Of a stretch of DNA of 64,000 nt, positions 9,514-19,340 are shown piece after piece. Position 1 is the first letter of the stretch; every line of letters starts with the position of its first letter. The DNA is from an uncultured cyanobacterium (GTDB taxonomy: Bacteria; Cyanobacteriota; Cyanobacteriia; Cyanobacteriales; CAWUOF01): assembly GCA_963744145.1 (NCBI GenBank), contig CAVUSO010000001.1:7168001-7232000 (forward strand). Reading direction: 5' to 3'. Under the pieces are notes generated by a model. That model saw only the letters and a list, made by a program, of their open reading frames with translations. It searched no databases and had not been told where the DNA came from. The position numbers and the translations under genes were made by a program.

Positions 9514-10464
9514 ATGCGCTCTTATTCCCTAATTGCCCCTGCCAAAATCAATTTATATCTGGAAATTATTGGCGATCGCCCGGATGGCTATCACGAATTA
9601 GTGATGATTCTCCAAAGTATAAATTTAGCCGATCGGATTGAATTGCGTCCTTTAAGCACCGATATCATTCGGGTCTGTTGTGCTGATCCACAAGTACCAA
9701 GCGATCAGACTAACCTAGCTTATCGAGCTGCGGAATTAATGACTAAACAATTTCCGGAGGTCTTTCAAAAGTATGGTGGTGTGGAAATTGTCATTGATAA
9801 GCACATTCCAGTTGCTGCTGGATTAGCTGGTGGCTCGACTGATGCCGCCGCAGTTTTGGTGGGGCTAGATTTAATGTGGAAATTGGGACTGACTCAACCG
9901 GAATTACAGGTGTTAGGTGGGATGTTAGGTTCTGATGTACCTTTCTGTATTGCTGGTGGGACAGCTTTAGCGACTGGTCGTGGTAATGAACTTTCTCCTC
10001 TATCCTCTGGTTTGGATCGTCTCTATGTGGTATTAGCTAAATATCAGAGTTTAGGTATTTCTACGGTTTGGGCTTATCAGACTTTCCGTCAAAAGTTTGG
10101 TAATTCCTATATTTCTGATCCAAAAAGTCTGGAAGAACGTCAGAAACGAGTACATTCTGGACCAATGGTCAATGCGATCGCTCATCATCATGGTCAGCAA
10201 ATCGGTCAACTCCTGCACAATGATTTGGAGCGGGTAGTCATACCAGAGTATCCTCAAGTATTAAAATTGCGGGAAGCTTTTGCACAATTTGATGTTTTGG
10301 GCACAATGATGTCTGGTTCTGGTCCGACTGTATTTGCTCTGACCGAATCATTAGTTCAAGCTCAAACTGTTCAAGCACAAGTTAGAGAATTGCTCCCTGA
10401 TCCGGATTTACATTTCTGGGTGGCACAGTTAACTACTACTGGAATTCAGGTAGAAGTAGACTAA
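9514..10464 (+). CDS. ispE: 4-diphosphocytidyl-2-C-methyl-D-erythritol kinase
   Basis: APAKINLYLEI, KHIPVAAGLAGGSTDAAA, GSDVPF, MMSGSGPTVF. Confidence 0.96.
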   Translation: MRSYSLIAPAKINLYLEIIGDRPDGYHELVMILQSINLADRIELRPLSTDIIRVCCADPQVPSDQTNLAYRAAELMTKQFPEVFQKYGGVEIVIDKHIPVAAGLAGGSTDAAAVLVGLDLMWKLGLTQPELQVLGGMLGSDVPFCIAGGTALATGRGNELSPLSSGLDRLYVVLAKYQSLGISTVWAYQTFRQKFGNSYISDPKSLEERQKRVHSGPMVNAIAHHHGQQIGQLLHNDLERVVIPEYPQVLKLREAFAQFDVLGTMMSGSGPTVFALTESLVQAQTVQAQVRELLPDPDLHFWVAQLTTTGIQVEVD

Positions 10465-10509
10465 TAGGATTGAGCAGAAAAAAAAAATTTATTCTCTTGG
10501 TAAATAGAT

Positions 10510-10821
10510 ATGACTTTAACACCAAAATCTGATCATCAGACTACCTCTGACACCCTACCAAGTCCGCTCCGTTGTATCGGTGGAGGGGTAGTTGCTGGGA
10601 CGATCGCCATTGGTTTTTATTTTGTTACGATCTCGATCGCGACCACTTTTGCGGCTAAACCAATCATTTCTGATAACTTTACCATTAGGAATATCAGTTC
10701 CGCGGTCAGGACATTAGTGGTTGGAAGTACAGCTCTAGGAGCTACAGTTTTTGGGATTGCGGCGATCGGATTAATCGCTCTAGGGATAAAAATTTTGCTA
10801 CAACAATTTAAAAAAGCATGA
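10510..10821 (+). CDS. DUF3082-type small membrane protein
   Basis: SPLRC...two TM segments with NISSAVRTLVVG; typically follows ispE in cyanobacteria. Confidence 0.75.
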   Translation: MTLTPKSDHQTTSDTLPSPLRCIGGGVVAGTIAIGFYFVTISIATTFAAKPIISDNFTIRNISSAVRTLVVGSTALGATVFGIAAIGLIALGIKILLQQFKKA

Positions 10822-11060
10822 TGATATCCTGGGCTAATTTCAGCATTCTATCCATTACTTTTATCCTAGGGCAATCCGTGACATATATCATGGTTTAAAT
10901 AGTGACTTTCTTCTCTGGTAATTGAGAATTTTTATGGATATGATTCCGAGTGGCAGGAGTTCCTAACCTCAATTAACTATTGTTGGTAATAGATTAAGCG
11001 CAGATTAATAGTAAATTGTGTTCAGATCACATTTATTTGCTCTGAAAATTAGACAAATTA

Positions 11061-11090
11061 TTGACAAATAAAAATAGACATAACTATACT
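11061..11090 (+). promoter_or_regulatory. Near-consensus sigma70 promoter
   Basis: TTGACA (11061-11066), 18-nt spacer, TATACT (11085-11090), upstream of ATG 11138 with an AGGA RBS. Confidence 0.55.
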
Positions 11091-11137
11091 AATAATAGTT
11101 TGTATATTCTGATTAATAAAACCTAGGAACAAAGCAA

Positions 11138-12127
11138 ATGACTTTAGTAGCGACACCTCCAAATACATCATCCTCCTCAACATCAAGTTCTAGCTCAAAT
11201 ACACCAACATCAAGTTCAGCAACTGATAATTCATCATCAGTTTCAACCAATACCGCTCAAACAACAACACCCCCAACGAATACAATTCCAGTTACCATCA
11301 CAGCAGTAGTACCAACGACCCCAACCAATTCTTCCCCTACTCCTACCCCAACGGATTCAGTTCCAGTGACAATCGCAGCAGTAGTACCAACGACCCCAAC
11401 CAATGCTCCTGCTACCACTTCAGCTCAAACAACAACCCCTTCAACCAATACAGTTCCAGTTACCATCACAGCAGTAGTACCAACGACCCCAACCAATTCT
11501 CCCATCACGACTTCATCACTAATCTCTGCTCCGACCTCAAATAATTCAACCACAACGACTCCAACAACTCAGATTAAATTGAGTGGTTGTTTCGATGAAC
11601 TCACAGGACGGCTTTATATCTCAAATATCCCTGTCAACGGACAAAGTGTCCAAGCTTCTCAAGGTGGATCTGGTCATGTAGATCAAGTTACCGCTTGTCA
11701 AAACCATCCAACTAGAGGTCAAACTGCTCATCAGCTTGCCACACCAAATCAATATTCCTTATGTGTAAAGCTGTCCCAAGCGGAGAGCAGCATCTTTGAA
11801 CATTTATTAAGCTGTCAGCCCTCTGTTCATCAAAACAACTCACAACAACAACAAAATTCGTTGTGTCTTAACTTAGTTAAAGACAACGTTCATCAAAACA
11901 ACTCACAACAACAGCAAAACTCGTTGTGCCAAGTTCATCAAAACAACTCACAACAACAGCAAAACTCGTTGTGCCCAACTCAGACTAATGAACCCACTGC
12001 TCATAGCTGCTCAATTCCCAACTCAATTGCTCCAATTCCCAACCCAATGGCTCAATGCTTTTCCAGCAAACAGATCCCACTTCCCCAATCTTGTGGTGGT
12101 CAGTCAGGTCATTTTACCTGTGGCTAA
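11138..12127 (+). CDS. Orphan low-complexity protein: Thr/Pro/Ser-rich N-half, Gln/Cys-rich C-half
   Basis: 329-aa ORF with promoter and RBS; three PVTI(T/A)AVVPTTPTN repeats and three VHQNNSQQQQNSLC repeats. Confidence 0.7.
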   Translation: MTLVATPPNTSSSSTSSSSSNTPTSSSATDNSSSVSTNTAQTTTPPTNTIPVTITAVVPTTPTNSSPTPTPTDSVPVTIAAVVPTTPTNAPATTSAQTTTPSTNTVPVTITAVVPTTPTNSPITTSSLISAPTSNNSTTTTPTTQIKLSGCFDELTGRLYISNIPVNGQSVQASQGGSGHVDQVTACQNHPTRGQTAHQLATPNQYSLCVKLSQAESSIFEHLLSCQPSVHQNNSQQQQNSLCLNLVKDNVHQNNSQQQQNSLCQVHQNNSQQQQNSLCPTQTNEPTAHSCSIPNSIAPIPNPMAQCFSSKQIPLPQSCGGQSGHFTCG

Positions 12128-12192
12128 TTAAACCCAGAATAGTCCCTAGGTTAATTAGGTGATGAGCCGAATCGCTTGATTTATTCCTCAAT

Positions 12193-12832
12193 CTAATTTA
12201 AGCGAATAGTAGTTTGAGTTTGGCTCAGATGAGAAGTATCTCCGTTTAATTCCATTACCCATATTTCGTCAGTACGAACAATTTTTACTAAGCAACATAG
12301 CTTAGTATTAATTTCTGTATATCCCCCCAGTAATCCTGTCGCAGCACCTAAGACAGATGCTCCATGAGCAACCAACAATAGATCTGCTGAAAATTCATCT
12401 GCTAAAATGCGAGCAGTTTGACCAGCTCTTGCCAGACAGACTGCTTCAGTTTCAGGATAGGTAGGGATTACCCGTGACTGATAATCAAGATCTTATCCTG
12501 GGGAATATTTTCTGCAATGCGTCTATGGACAACTTTTCTGGCATAGATGGCATCCAATCAGAATTTAACCATTCACTGAGACCAGATTCTATTTTAATCG
12601 GCAAATTGAGAACTTCGGCCACTTGGTGGGCTGTTTGGACAGTGCGAAAAAAAGGTGAAGCAAAGATATGAGTGATGTTTTCAGCGCGAAGACGTTGAGC
12701 TAGTTCCTGTGCTTGGACTACTCCATCCTCAGAAAGATGTGGATCAAAAGGACGTTCAGCCGTGAAAAACCAATCAGGGTTAACAAAGTCGATCCGGTTA
12801 GCGTGTCTAGCAATCCAGATAGTTTGAGCCAT
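12193..12832 (-). pseudogene. Histidine phosphatase family protein with a +1 frameshift near 12493
   Basis: IWIARHANR, FASPFFRTVQTA. One extra base after FPRI. The shifted frame continues DLDYQSRVIPTYPETE...LLVAHGASV. Confidence 0.8.
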
Positions 12833-12940
12833 AAATTATTTTGATCGATAAATAATCTTAATTGTTCTTTAATATCTCAATTGTGATGAGATTTACACTA
12901 AAAGCTAAAATCATTATAAATAATTGCGGTAACCACAAGT

Positions 12941-13699
12941 ATGACCAAGATCAAAATCATTACCAATACTGTTCTCAAAGCACAACCAGTCGAATCTACT
13001 CAACTCAGTGATGACAAGAAAGAAGCTGTAAAAACTGGCAATTTTTTCGATGTTAAATCCTATACTCCTACAGATAACCACATTAAGGTGATTTTCCCAG
13101 ATAAGTCTGTTAAAAATAGCGATACCTGGTATGTCTTTCAAAAACACGCTGTGGTCGTGAACGATGACAAGATTGTTTACCCAGATCAGATTAAGCTCCC
13201 AGTACCATACTTGTGTCAATTAGATAATACAGAAGATCCTTATGGTACTTGTAATATTACCAGTATGTCAATGGTCTTGAATTATTTTGGCATCAAGGGT
13301 CAAAATAATGACTCAGAACGCTTACCAGATGAATTACATGATTGGATCGATGCTCGTGGTTTAGATCGTCACGACCCAGCATGTTTAGCCCAAGTAGTCG
13401 ATGCCTATGGTGTTCACGACAACTTTAGACAAGATGCTACGATTGAAGATGTGCAAGAATGGTTAACTCAAGGAAATCCAGCAGTTGTCCACGGATATTT
13501 TACATCTTCCGGCCATATTGTTTGCTTGATTGGCTATAACTCTTATGGCTTTATCGTTAATGATCCCTATGGAGAGTATTTTGCTGAAGGTTACGACACT
13601 TCAAGTACTGGTGCAGGGCTAAGTTATTCCTACGAATTAATCAAAAAAACCTGTATGACTGATAACCAGTTTTGGGTACATTTTCTGTCTAAGAAGTAG
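12941..13699 (+). CDS. C39-like peptidase with an N-terminal cyanobacterial SH3-like domain
   Basis: VPYLCQLDN...GTCNITSMSM (Cys), SGHIV (His), VNDPYG (Asp). N-terminal TVLKAQPVESTQL...WYVF motif. Confidence 0.85.
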   Translation: MTKIKIITNTVLKAQPVESTQLSDDKKEAVKTGNFFDVKSYTPTDNHIKVIFPDKSVKNSDTWYVFQKHAVVVNDDKIVYPDQIKLPVPYLCQLDNTEDPYGTCNITSMSMVLNYFGIKGQNNDSERLPDELHDWIDARGLDRHDPACLAQVVDAYGVHDNFRQDATIEDVQEWLTQGNPAVVHGYFTSSGHIVCLIGYNSYGFIVNDPYGEYFAEGYDTSSTGAGLSYSYELIKKTCMTDNQFWVHFLSKK

Positions 13700-13750
13700 T
13701 CTGGAAATAGATGTCCAACTGGATCAGTAAGAAAACTCTTTTTTCATGGT

Positions 13751-13800
13751 AAATAAATACGTTGTTGCACAGAGTTTGGTTAGCAACAACGTATTTATTT
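13751..13800. terminator. Probable bidirectional terminator between convergent genes
   Basis: Perfect 18-bp inverted repeat AAATAAATACGTTGTTGC / GCAACAACGTATTTATTT. Confidence 0.6.
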
Positions 13801-13882
13801 TTAGTGGGAATTATTCGCTAAAATTAAGTCTGGTGCGTGTTAATTCTGAGCCATTTATGGATGCAGAATGTGGATTTAAAGG

Positions 13883-14707
13883 TTACTCTACTGTCGCAGA
13901 GATATTCTCAATAATGGGCTGACGCTTTTCCAAATCAAACTTATATCCGTGAGGAAGAATGTGTAACTTAGCACCGCAAATTGCTAAGGGTTCATCTTTC
14001 AAAAGCTGATCTATATTGCAATGAGAAATTTCTGATACATCAATCACAGTAACAGCACCTGCGCCAATCACTTCAAATTGATTACCATTGACTACAATAG
14101 CGGTATTTTCATCAATTCCAAATCCCAAAACTGCTGGTTGCTGGGCTAATGCTGAGATTAAACGTCCTACTCTACCTCGCTGTGCAAAGTGCTGATCGAC
14201 TACGATCCCTGGTAAGAAACCCATCCCCCGATCCATTGCTGCGACCTCAACGCGAGGATGGGTTCCTGAATCTCCCTCAACGATCATCATATCTGGCATC
14301 ATTGCCGCACCAGCACTGGTCCCAGCAACGACAATACCTTCTCCATAGCGTTTGTGAATAGCTGAATCGAGTTGGGTATCTTTAATTAAACTAGTAATCC
14401 GAGCTTGATCTCCACCAGTAAAAAATACACCAGTAGCATCTTCAATCGCTGCTAGTAATTTGGGATCGCTAGCGTCCTCTCGCTTGGAGTTGTCAACTAC
14501 CTGCACATTTTCAGCTCCCAAACGTTCAAAGACCTTAATATATGCTTCTCCGACTTCCCCAGGTAAATTTGTTGCTGCTGTCATCACCACAATTCGAGCT
14601 TTAGTTCCTCCAGCATAGCGAACAAATTCTCGCAAAATTTGGCAATCATTTTCTTTATCTTCTGCACCACCAATAATTACTAGTTTCCCATGGGCTTGAT
14701 TTGACAT
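13883..14707 (-). CDS. cphB: Cyanophycinase (peptidase S51)
   Basis: IIGGAEDK, FFTGGDQ, GTSAGA, DQHFAQRGR, GIDENTA. An alternative start is at 14725. Confidence 0.88.
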   Translation of the reverse strand: MSNQAHGKLVIIGGAEDKENDCQILREFVRYAGGTKARIVVMTAATNLPGEVGEAYIKVFERLGAENVQVVDNSKREDASDPKLLAAIEDATGVFFTGGDQARITSLIKDTQLDSAIHKRYGEGIVVAGTSAGAAMMPDMMIVEGDSGTHPRVEVAAMDRGMGFLPGIVVDQHFAQRGRVGRLISALAQQPAVLGFGIDENTAIVVNGNQFEVIGAGAVTVIDVSEISHCNIDQLLKDEPLAICGAKLHILPHGYKFDLEKRQPIIENISATVE

Positions 14708-14806
14708 ATTTGCTCCAAATTCCATGAATCGAAGTTTATAAGAGATGCTAATAAATAATCAGGAAAATGATTTAAGTATTTTTCCTTCATTGTCTCTTAT
14801 ATTATT

Positions 14807-16273
14807 TTATATTAAATCACTTAAACCATACTCAGCCCAACGACGGTCAACCATTGTAGCTGTATCCGGATCAGATTCCAAAGGTGCACCCCATTCATGG
14901 TCAATTTCGGGAGCAATTTTAGTAGTAGCATCAATGCCCATTCTGCCACCTAACCCAATTTTTTCACTAGCAAAATCTAAAGAATCAAAAGGTGTATTTG
15001 GCAAAATAAAAACATCCCGAACTGGATCAACTTTAGAACTAATTGCCCATACTACTTGACGCGGATCACGAATATTAATATCCTGATCAACAACAATGAC
15101 AAACTTAGTATAAGTAAACTGGGGTAAAGCACTCCAAAATGCTAACGCTGCTCGACGTGCTTGTCCAGGATAAGCTTTTTTAATTGAAATAATTGCCGCT
15201 TTATAACTCAATGCTTCCATCGGTAGGAAGAAATCAACAATTTCGGAAACTTGTTGACGTAAAATTGGTGTATAAATTCGGTTAAGTGCGATCGCCATCA
15301 TTGCTTCTTCTTTAGGTGGACGACCGCTAAATGTAGTCAGGTAAATCGGGCGATCGCGATGAGTCAAACAGTGAAAACGGATCAGCGGAGAATCTTCTAC
15401 TCCACCATAATATCCCATATGATCACCAAAAGGTCCATCAGGTAATACTTCTCCTGGTGTAATCGTACCTTCTAATATAAATTCTGCATCGGCTGGTACT
15501 TCTAAATCTAGAGTTTTACACTTAGTCAGACTAACACCAGCACCACCATAAAGTCCAGCAAAGAGCCATTCTGATAAATCTACGGGAATCGGTGTTGCTG
15601 CTGCCATAATTATTAACGGATCAACACCTAATGCGATCGCGATCTCCAATTTTTTTCCTTGTTCAGCAGCTTTCCGCAAATGTCTTGCTCCACCCCGGAC
15701 GGACAACCAATGTACGGTCATGGTTTGAGCAGATTGTAATTGGAGACGATATACCCCGACATTGGGTGTACCCGTTTCACAATCTTTCGTAATTACTAAT
15801 CCGAGGGTGATAATTTTGCCAGCATCACCTGAATAGGGACGAATTAATGGTAATTTATGTAAATCTAAACTATCTGCACCAATTACAACTTGCTGACAAG
15901 CAGGGAAAAAATTATATCCGGGTTTCGCTTTGAGTACATCAAATAATACTTGACCAAATTCCACTGCTTGTCCAATCGTCTTCGGTGGTTTTGGTTGTTG
16001 TAACATACTCAGTTTTTTGCCCAAAACTTCTAAATCCTCTGGTTGCTGCATATTCATAGCCCAGCAAATTCTTTCCAGGGTTCCCATCAGATTAATCGCG
16101 ACTGGATAAGCAGATCCTTTCACATTTTCAAACAGTAACCCCGGACCACCTCGTTGTAACATCCGTTGGGAAATCTCGGCAATTTCCAAATCTGGGTCAA
16201 CCAGAGTATTAATTCGGTGTAATTGTCCCCGCTCTTCGAGTAGTTTGATGAATCCCCGTAAATCTCTAGTCAT
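14807..16273 (-). CDS. ubiD: UbiD-family (4-hydroxy-3-solanesylbenzoate) decarboxylase
   Basis: DLRGFIKLLE, NVGVYRLQ, DGPFGDHMGYY, GIDATTK. Confidence 0.92.
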   Translation of the reverse strand: MTRDLRGFIKLLEERGQLHRINTLVDPDLEIAEISQRMLQRGGPGLLFENVKGSAYPVAINLMGTLERICWAMNMQQPEDLEVLGKKLSMLQQPKPPKTIGQAVEFGQVLFDVLKAKPGYNFFPACQQVVIGADSLDLHKLPLIRPYSGDAGKIITLGLVITKDCETGTPNVGVYRLQLQSAQTMTVHWLSVRGGARHLRKAAEQGKKLEIAIALGVDPLIIMAAATPIPVDLSEWLFAGLYGGAGVSLTKCKTLDLEVPADAEFILEGTITPGEVLPDGPFGDHMGYYGGVEDSPLIRFHCLTHRDRPIYLTTFSGRPPKEEAMMAIALNRIYTPILRQQVSEIVDFFLPMEALSYKAAIISIKKAYPGQARRAALAFWSALPQFTYTKFVIVVDQDINIRDPRQVVWAISSKVDPVRDVFILPNTPFDSLDFASEKIGLGGRMGIDATTKIAPEIDHEWGAPLESDPDTATMVDRRWAEYGLSDLI

Positions 16274-16370
16274 TGTTTGCAGAATGATTTAGTGTTATAT
16301 TTTATTATCGGATCAGGAAGGAACAATTGAGAAATCTTACTTATTCCTGTTAGATTTAGCGATCGCGGTC

Positions 16371-17555
16371 ATGAAATGTCCCCACTGTGAATCGACTCAA
16401 ATTCGGAAAAATGGCCATCAGAAAGGCAAGCAGCGTTATCTTTGCAAAAATTGCCGTAAGCAATTCGTCGATCATACATCGATCCAAATTCTTGCTAATC
16501 TTGAGTTAGAAGATCATCAGGAAATACCTAGCACTCCAACACCTGAGATTCAGGTGATCACTAAGTTACCGGTAGCTACTTCAGAAATTCAAAACTGGCT
16601 ATCAGCTCAGGGAATATGTCTATTACTTTTAGATGTAGAAAATTTAAAACTTGATGTCAAAACTGAACAATTTTTAGCTACTCTCTGTGTTTATCCTTTA
16701 CAAGTAAAAATTGCCTTTGCTAATTGGAGAAACTCCGCGATCGGACAGCAAGATGTAGACTTCCATAAACGGGGATATCAACTGATTCACGTTCCTGGTG
16801 GTAAAGATAGTGCTGATGCTAAAATGATCGTGAGAGGAATGGCAATTTGCTGTGAATATCCCCAGATTAAAGAAGTTTTTATCTGTTCATCTGATACTTT
16901 ATTAATGCACCTCTGTAACGAATTACAAATCCAAGGATTAACAGTTTATCATGTGCGACGACATGGGACAGTTTTGATTGTGGAAAACCGCAATACAGGT
17001 GAAACTCAGCATTATTCAATTTTAATTGGCTCGGAAATACCTGAGTTAGATGATTTAGCAGAGCAATTAAAAAATTTAGTCACCCTAGAGCAAAATTCTC
17101 TTAATGATCGGTTATGTAATTTGAATAATCTTTCAATTTTATTTCAAGAACGATTAAATTTAGCGGTTAATGCAAATCGCCCAAATATATCTTCTATAAA
17201 TGAAGAAAAGCCAGATGGGAATTTATCAACTTCTGAGTTAGAATTAACTAATCCGTCTCCAGTCAGTGAAACTACCATGTTAATTCCGGGAGTAGAAGCT
17301 AAACCGATCAATTCGGTCGAGGATTTAGAAAGAGTAATTATGCAAATGATTAAAGCCATGACTAGTAATACTGATGTGGACTATGTCGCAGTAGATAAAA
17401 TCAAAAATTTATTTCAGAGCTTATATAATGAACCAGCAGATACTATTATTAAAAAATTTAAACCCAATTCCAGTCTAATTAAGTTTTTGCGATCGCAAAC
17501 TTCTCTATTCAAACTAACTTTACTGAATACCGAACATCAAGTCGCGATTAAATAA
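16371..17555 (+). CDS. IS1 InsA-like zinc ribbon + NYN domain + probable OST-HTH/LOTUS domain
   Basis: CPHC...KNG...GKQRYLCKNCRKQF. NYN motifs LLDVENL, AFANW, GKDSADAKM, ICSSD. C-terminal helical domain (KIKNLFQSLY...LIKFL...FKL). Confidence 0.75.
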   Translation: MKCPHCESTQIRKNGHQKGKQRYLCKNCRKQFVDHTSIQILANLELEDHQEIPSTPTPEIQVITKLPVATSEIQNWLSAQGICLLLLDVENLKLDVKTEQFLATLCVYPLQVKIAFANWRNSAIGQQDVDFHKRGYQLIHVPGGKDSADAKMIVRGMAICCEYPQIKEVFICSSDTLLMHLCNELQIQGLTVYHVRRHGTVLIVENRNTGETQHYSILIGSEIPELDDLAEQLKNLVTLEQNSLNDRLCNLNNLSILFQERLNLAVNANRPNISSINEEKPDGNLSTSELELTNPSPVSETTMLIPGVEAKPINSVEDLERVIMQMIKAMTSNTDVDYVAVDKIKNLFQSLYNEPADTIIKKFKPNSSLIKFLRSQTSLFKLTLLNTEHQVAIK

Positions 17556-17641
17556 ATCCAGAAATGCGATCGGGTGGAAAAAATTATTAGCGATCGCATT
17601 TAGGCTTTTATTTCTCTTGTAATGACAGGATAATAAATTTT

Positions 17642-18217
17642 CTAAGGTAATTTATCTTGCCAGTAAAGCCAAGATTTTAATTCTTCATCTAACGCATACT
17701 TATCACTGTTAGCTAGTGCTAAAATTACTTTTAATTGATTTTTCAATTTTCTTAAGTTTCTAATGTCCTCTATGGGAAGCGATCGCCAATCAGCTACTTT
17801 TTTGGCTAATTCTTCCTGGGAGTATTTCAAATTACCCCAAAACCAATTTAGAATTAGACTAGCATCTAAAACGGGATGATTACTAATTAACCCAAATTTT
17901 TCAATCATAGCGGTACGGAGCATCATTGCAGAAATCATAAAAGACTCACCGCTTCCTAACCTTTGTTTTTCTGCTAAATTGACAAGTTGATCATAAACAG
18001 TGATGGCAATTTCTGCCCATTTTATTGGATTTGAATCATTAGAGCTAGCATTACGAGCATTAATAGCAGCAACATTAGCTAGCAACAACCAGTTAAATTC
18101 CTTGGTTTCATAATTATGACTTGACCAAGAACTGTTTACCCAGGTTAGTATAGTTTCAGGATTTTGCTCTAAAATGTGATTTAGGGAACTTGTTGGTAAG
18201 GATTGAGTCATGTTCAT
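17642..18217 (-). CDS. Hypothetical helical protein, candidate immunity protein
   Basis: 191-aa ORF whose ATG directly abuts the stop of the upstream toxin-like gene (TAAATG). Confidence 0.6.
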   Translation of the reverse strand: MNMTQSLPTSSLNHILEQNPETILTWVNSSWSSHNYETKEFNWLLLANVAAINARNASSNDSNPIKWAEIAITVYDQLVNLAEKQRLGSGESFMISAMMLRTAMIEKFGLISNHPVLDASLILNWFWGNLKYSQEELAKKVADWRSLPIEDIRNLRKLKNQLKVILALANSDKYALDEELKSWLYWQDKLP

Positions 18218-19056
18218 TTACTCCATATATTCTAGATCAGCTTGAGAGGTATTTATCCCATATTCTTGAAAAGCAGTAATGGCAATCTCTAAGGTTTGTG
18301 GAGTTGGTTTAAAATGCCCGCTGTGATTGGTAATTTTCAGTAAAATATATGAACCGTTACTACCAACAATGTCTGCTTCACCCGCAGCTAAAACAGGCTG
18401 ACCGCGAGTTATAACAGTATGGTATATTTCATTATTAATATCCAAGAATTTTGGCATGATAAGTAATTCTCCCTGAGTAGTTACTGCCCATTTTATTGTT
18501 CCTTCGTTAATTACAGCGGATTCCACGTTGATGAAGTACATTCAGTTATCTCGTTTGGTTGGGCGGGTTTATGATGGTGATCTATTTGGATCAGAATTGA
18601 TTGGTGAACCCGCCCCTACAAATCCTGGTTGATTGTCATCATAAATTCATCGATTTTTTGGTAAATAATCCCAGATCCTGGTTGATCACTTGTAGGGGCG
18701 GGTTCACCGATGAATTTGCCACACACAAATAACCCTTGTGCCGAGCGCAGTCGAGGTATTGATGAACCCGCCCAACCCCACAGATCACCTGAATGAACCT
18801 ACCCCCATCTGGACCTTACAGACAACACAGCTATACTTCATCAACCTGGAATAGGCTGTATATCATCAAATCCAGGTTCTCCTACTTTTACAGGAATAAT
18901 ACCTAAATTATCTGCTGTTTGAAGTTCAACACCCAAATTTTCTGGGTACTGATTGAAAAAAAAAACGTTGGCGTTGGAGTCATTATTTGAAGATGATTGT
19001 ACCACAACAATCTGTGATTGCTCTATAATGTATATTTGGATTTGAAGGGTTGGCAA
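18218..19056 (-). pseudogene. Polymorphic-toxin-like domain protein (NHSGHF motif) interrupted by a MITE
   Basis: Removing the MITE plus one TA joins GEPGFDDI to INEGTIKWAV in frame, giving 163 aa with H...PVLAAGEA...NHSGHFKP. Confidence 0.75.
18514..18858. mobile_element. 345-bp MITE carrying REP-like hairpins
   Basis: Imperfect terminal inverted repeats CAGCGGATTCCACGTTGATGAAGTA / TACTTCATCAACCTGGAATAGGCTG, TA on both sides, internal GGTGAACCCGCCCCTAC / GTAGGGGCGGGTTCACC pairs. Confidence 0.85.
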
Positions 19057-19106
19057 TGTTAAACAATTTCAAAAAATTAAAAGAGTTACTACTAAAGACG
19101 CCTCCG

Positions 19107-19340
19107 CTAAGTTGTATTTATGTGGTCTATGTAATCCTTGGCCTTACTGACTTTTCCTTGCAAAGTTACGACCTCATTCAAAATACTTTGGAACTTCTTT
19201 GCTAGACTATCTACATCAGTATTATCAATAGACTTTGCTAATTTATTAATTTTTTCAGCCTCTTGGTTAAGAGTTTGCATCAATAGCTGAAATTCTTCAA
19301 TTTTTCCTTTAAAGTCTGAGGAAATTTTTATTTCTGACAT
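19107..19340 (-). CDS. Small helical-hairpin/coiled-coil protein
   Basis: 77 aa, AGGAG RBS, heptad pattern, starts MSEIKIS. Confidence 0.65.
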   Translation of the reverse strand: MSEIKISSDFKGKIEEFQLLMQTLNQEAEKINKLAKSIDNTDVDSLAKKFQSILNEVVTLQGKVSKAKDYIDHINTT

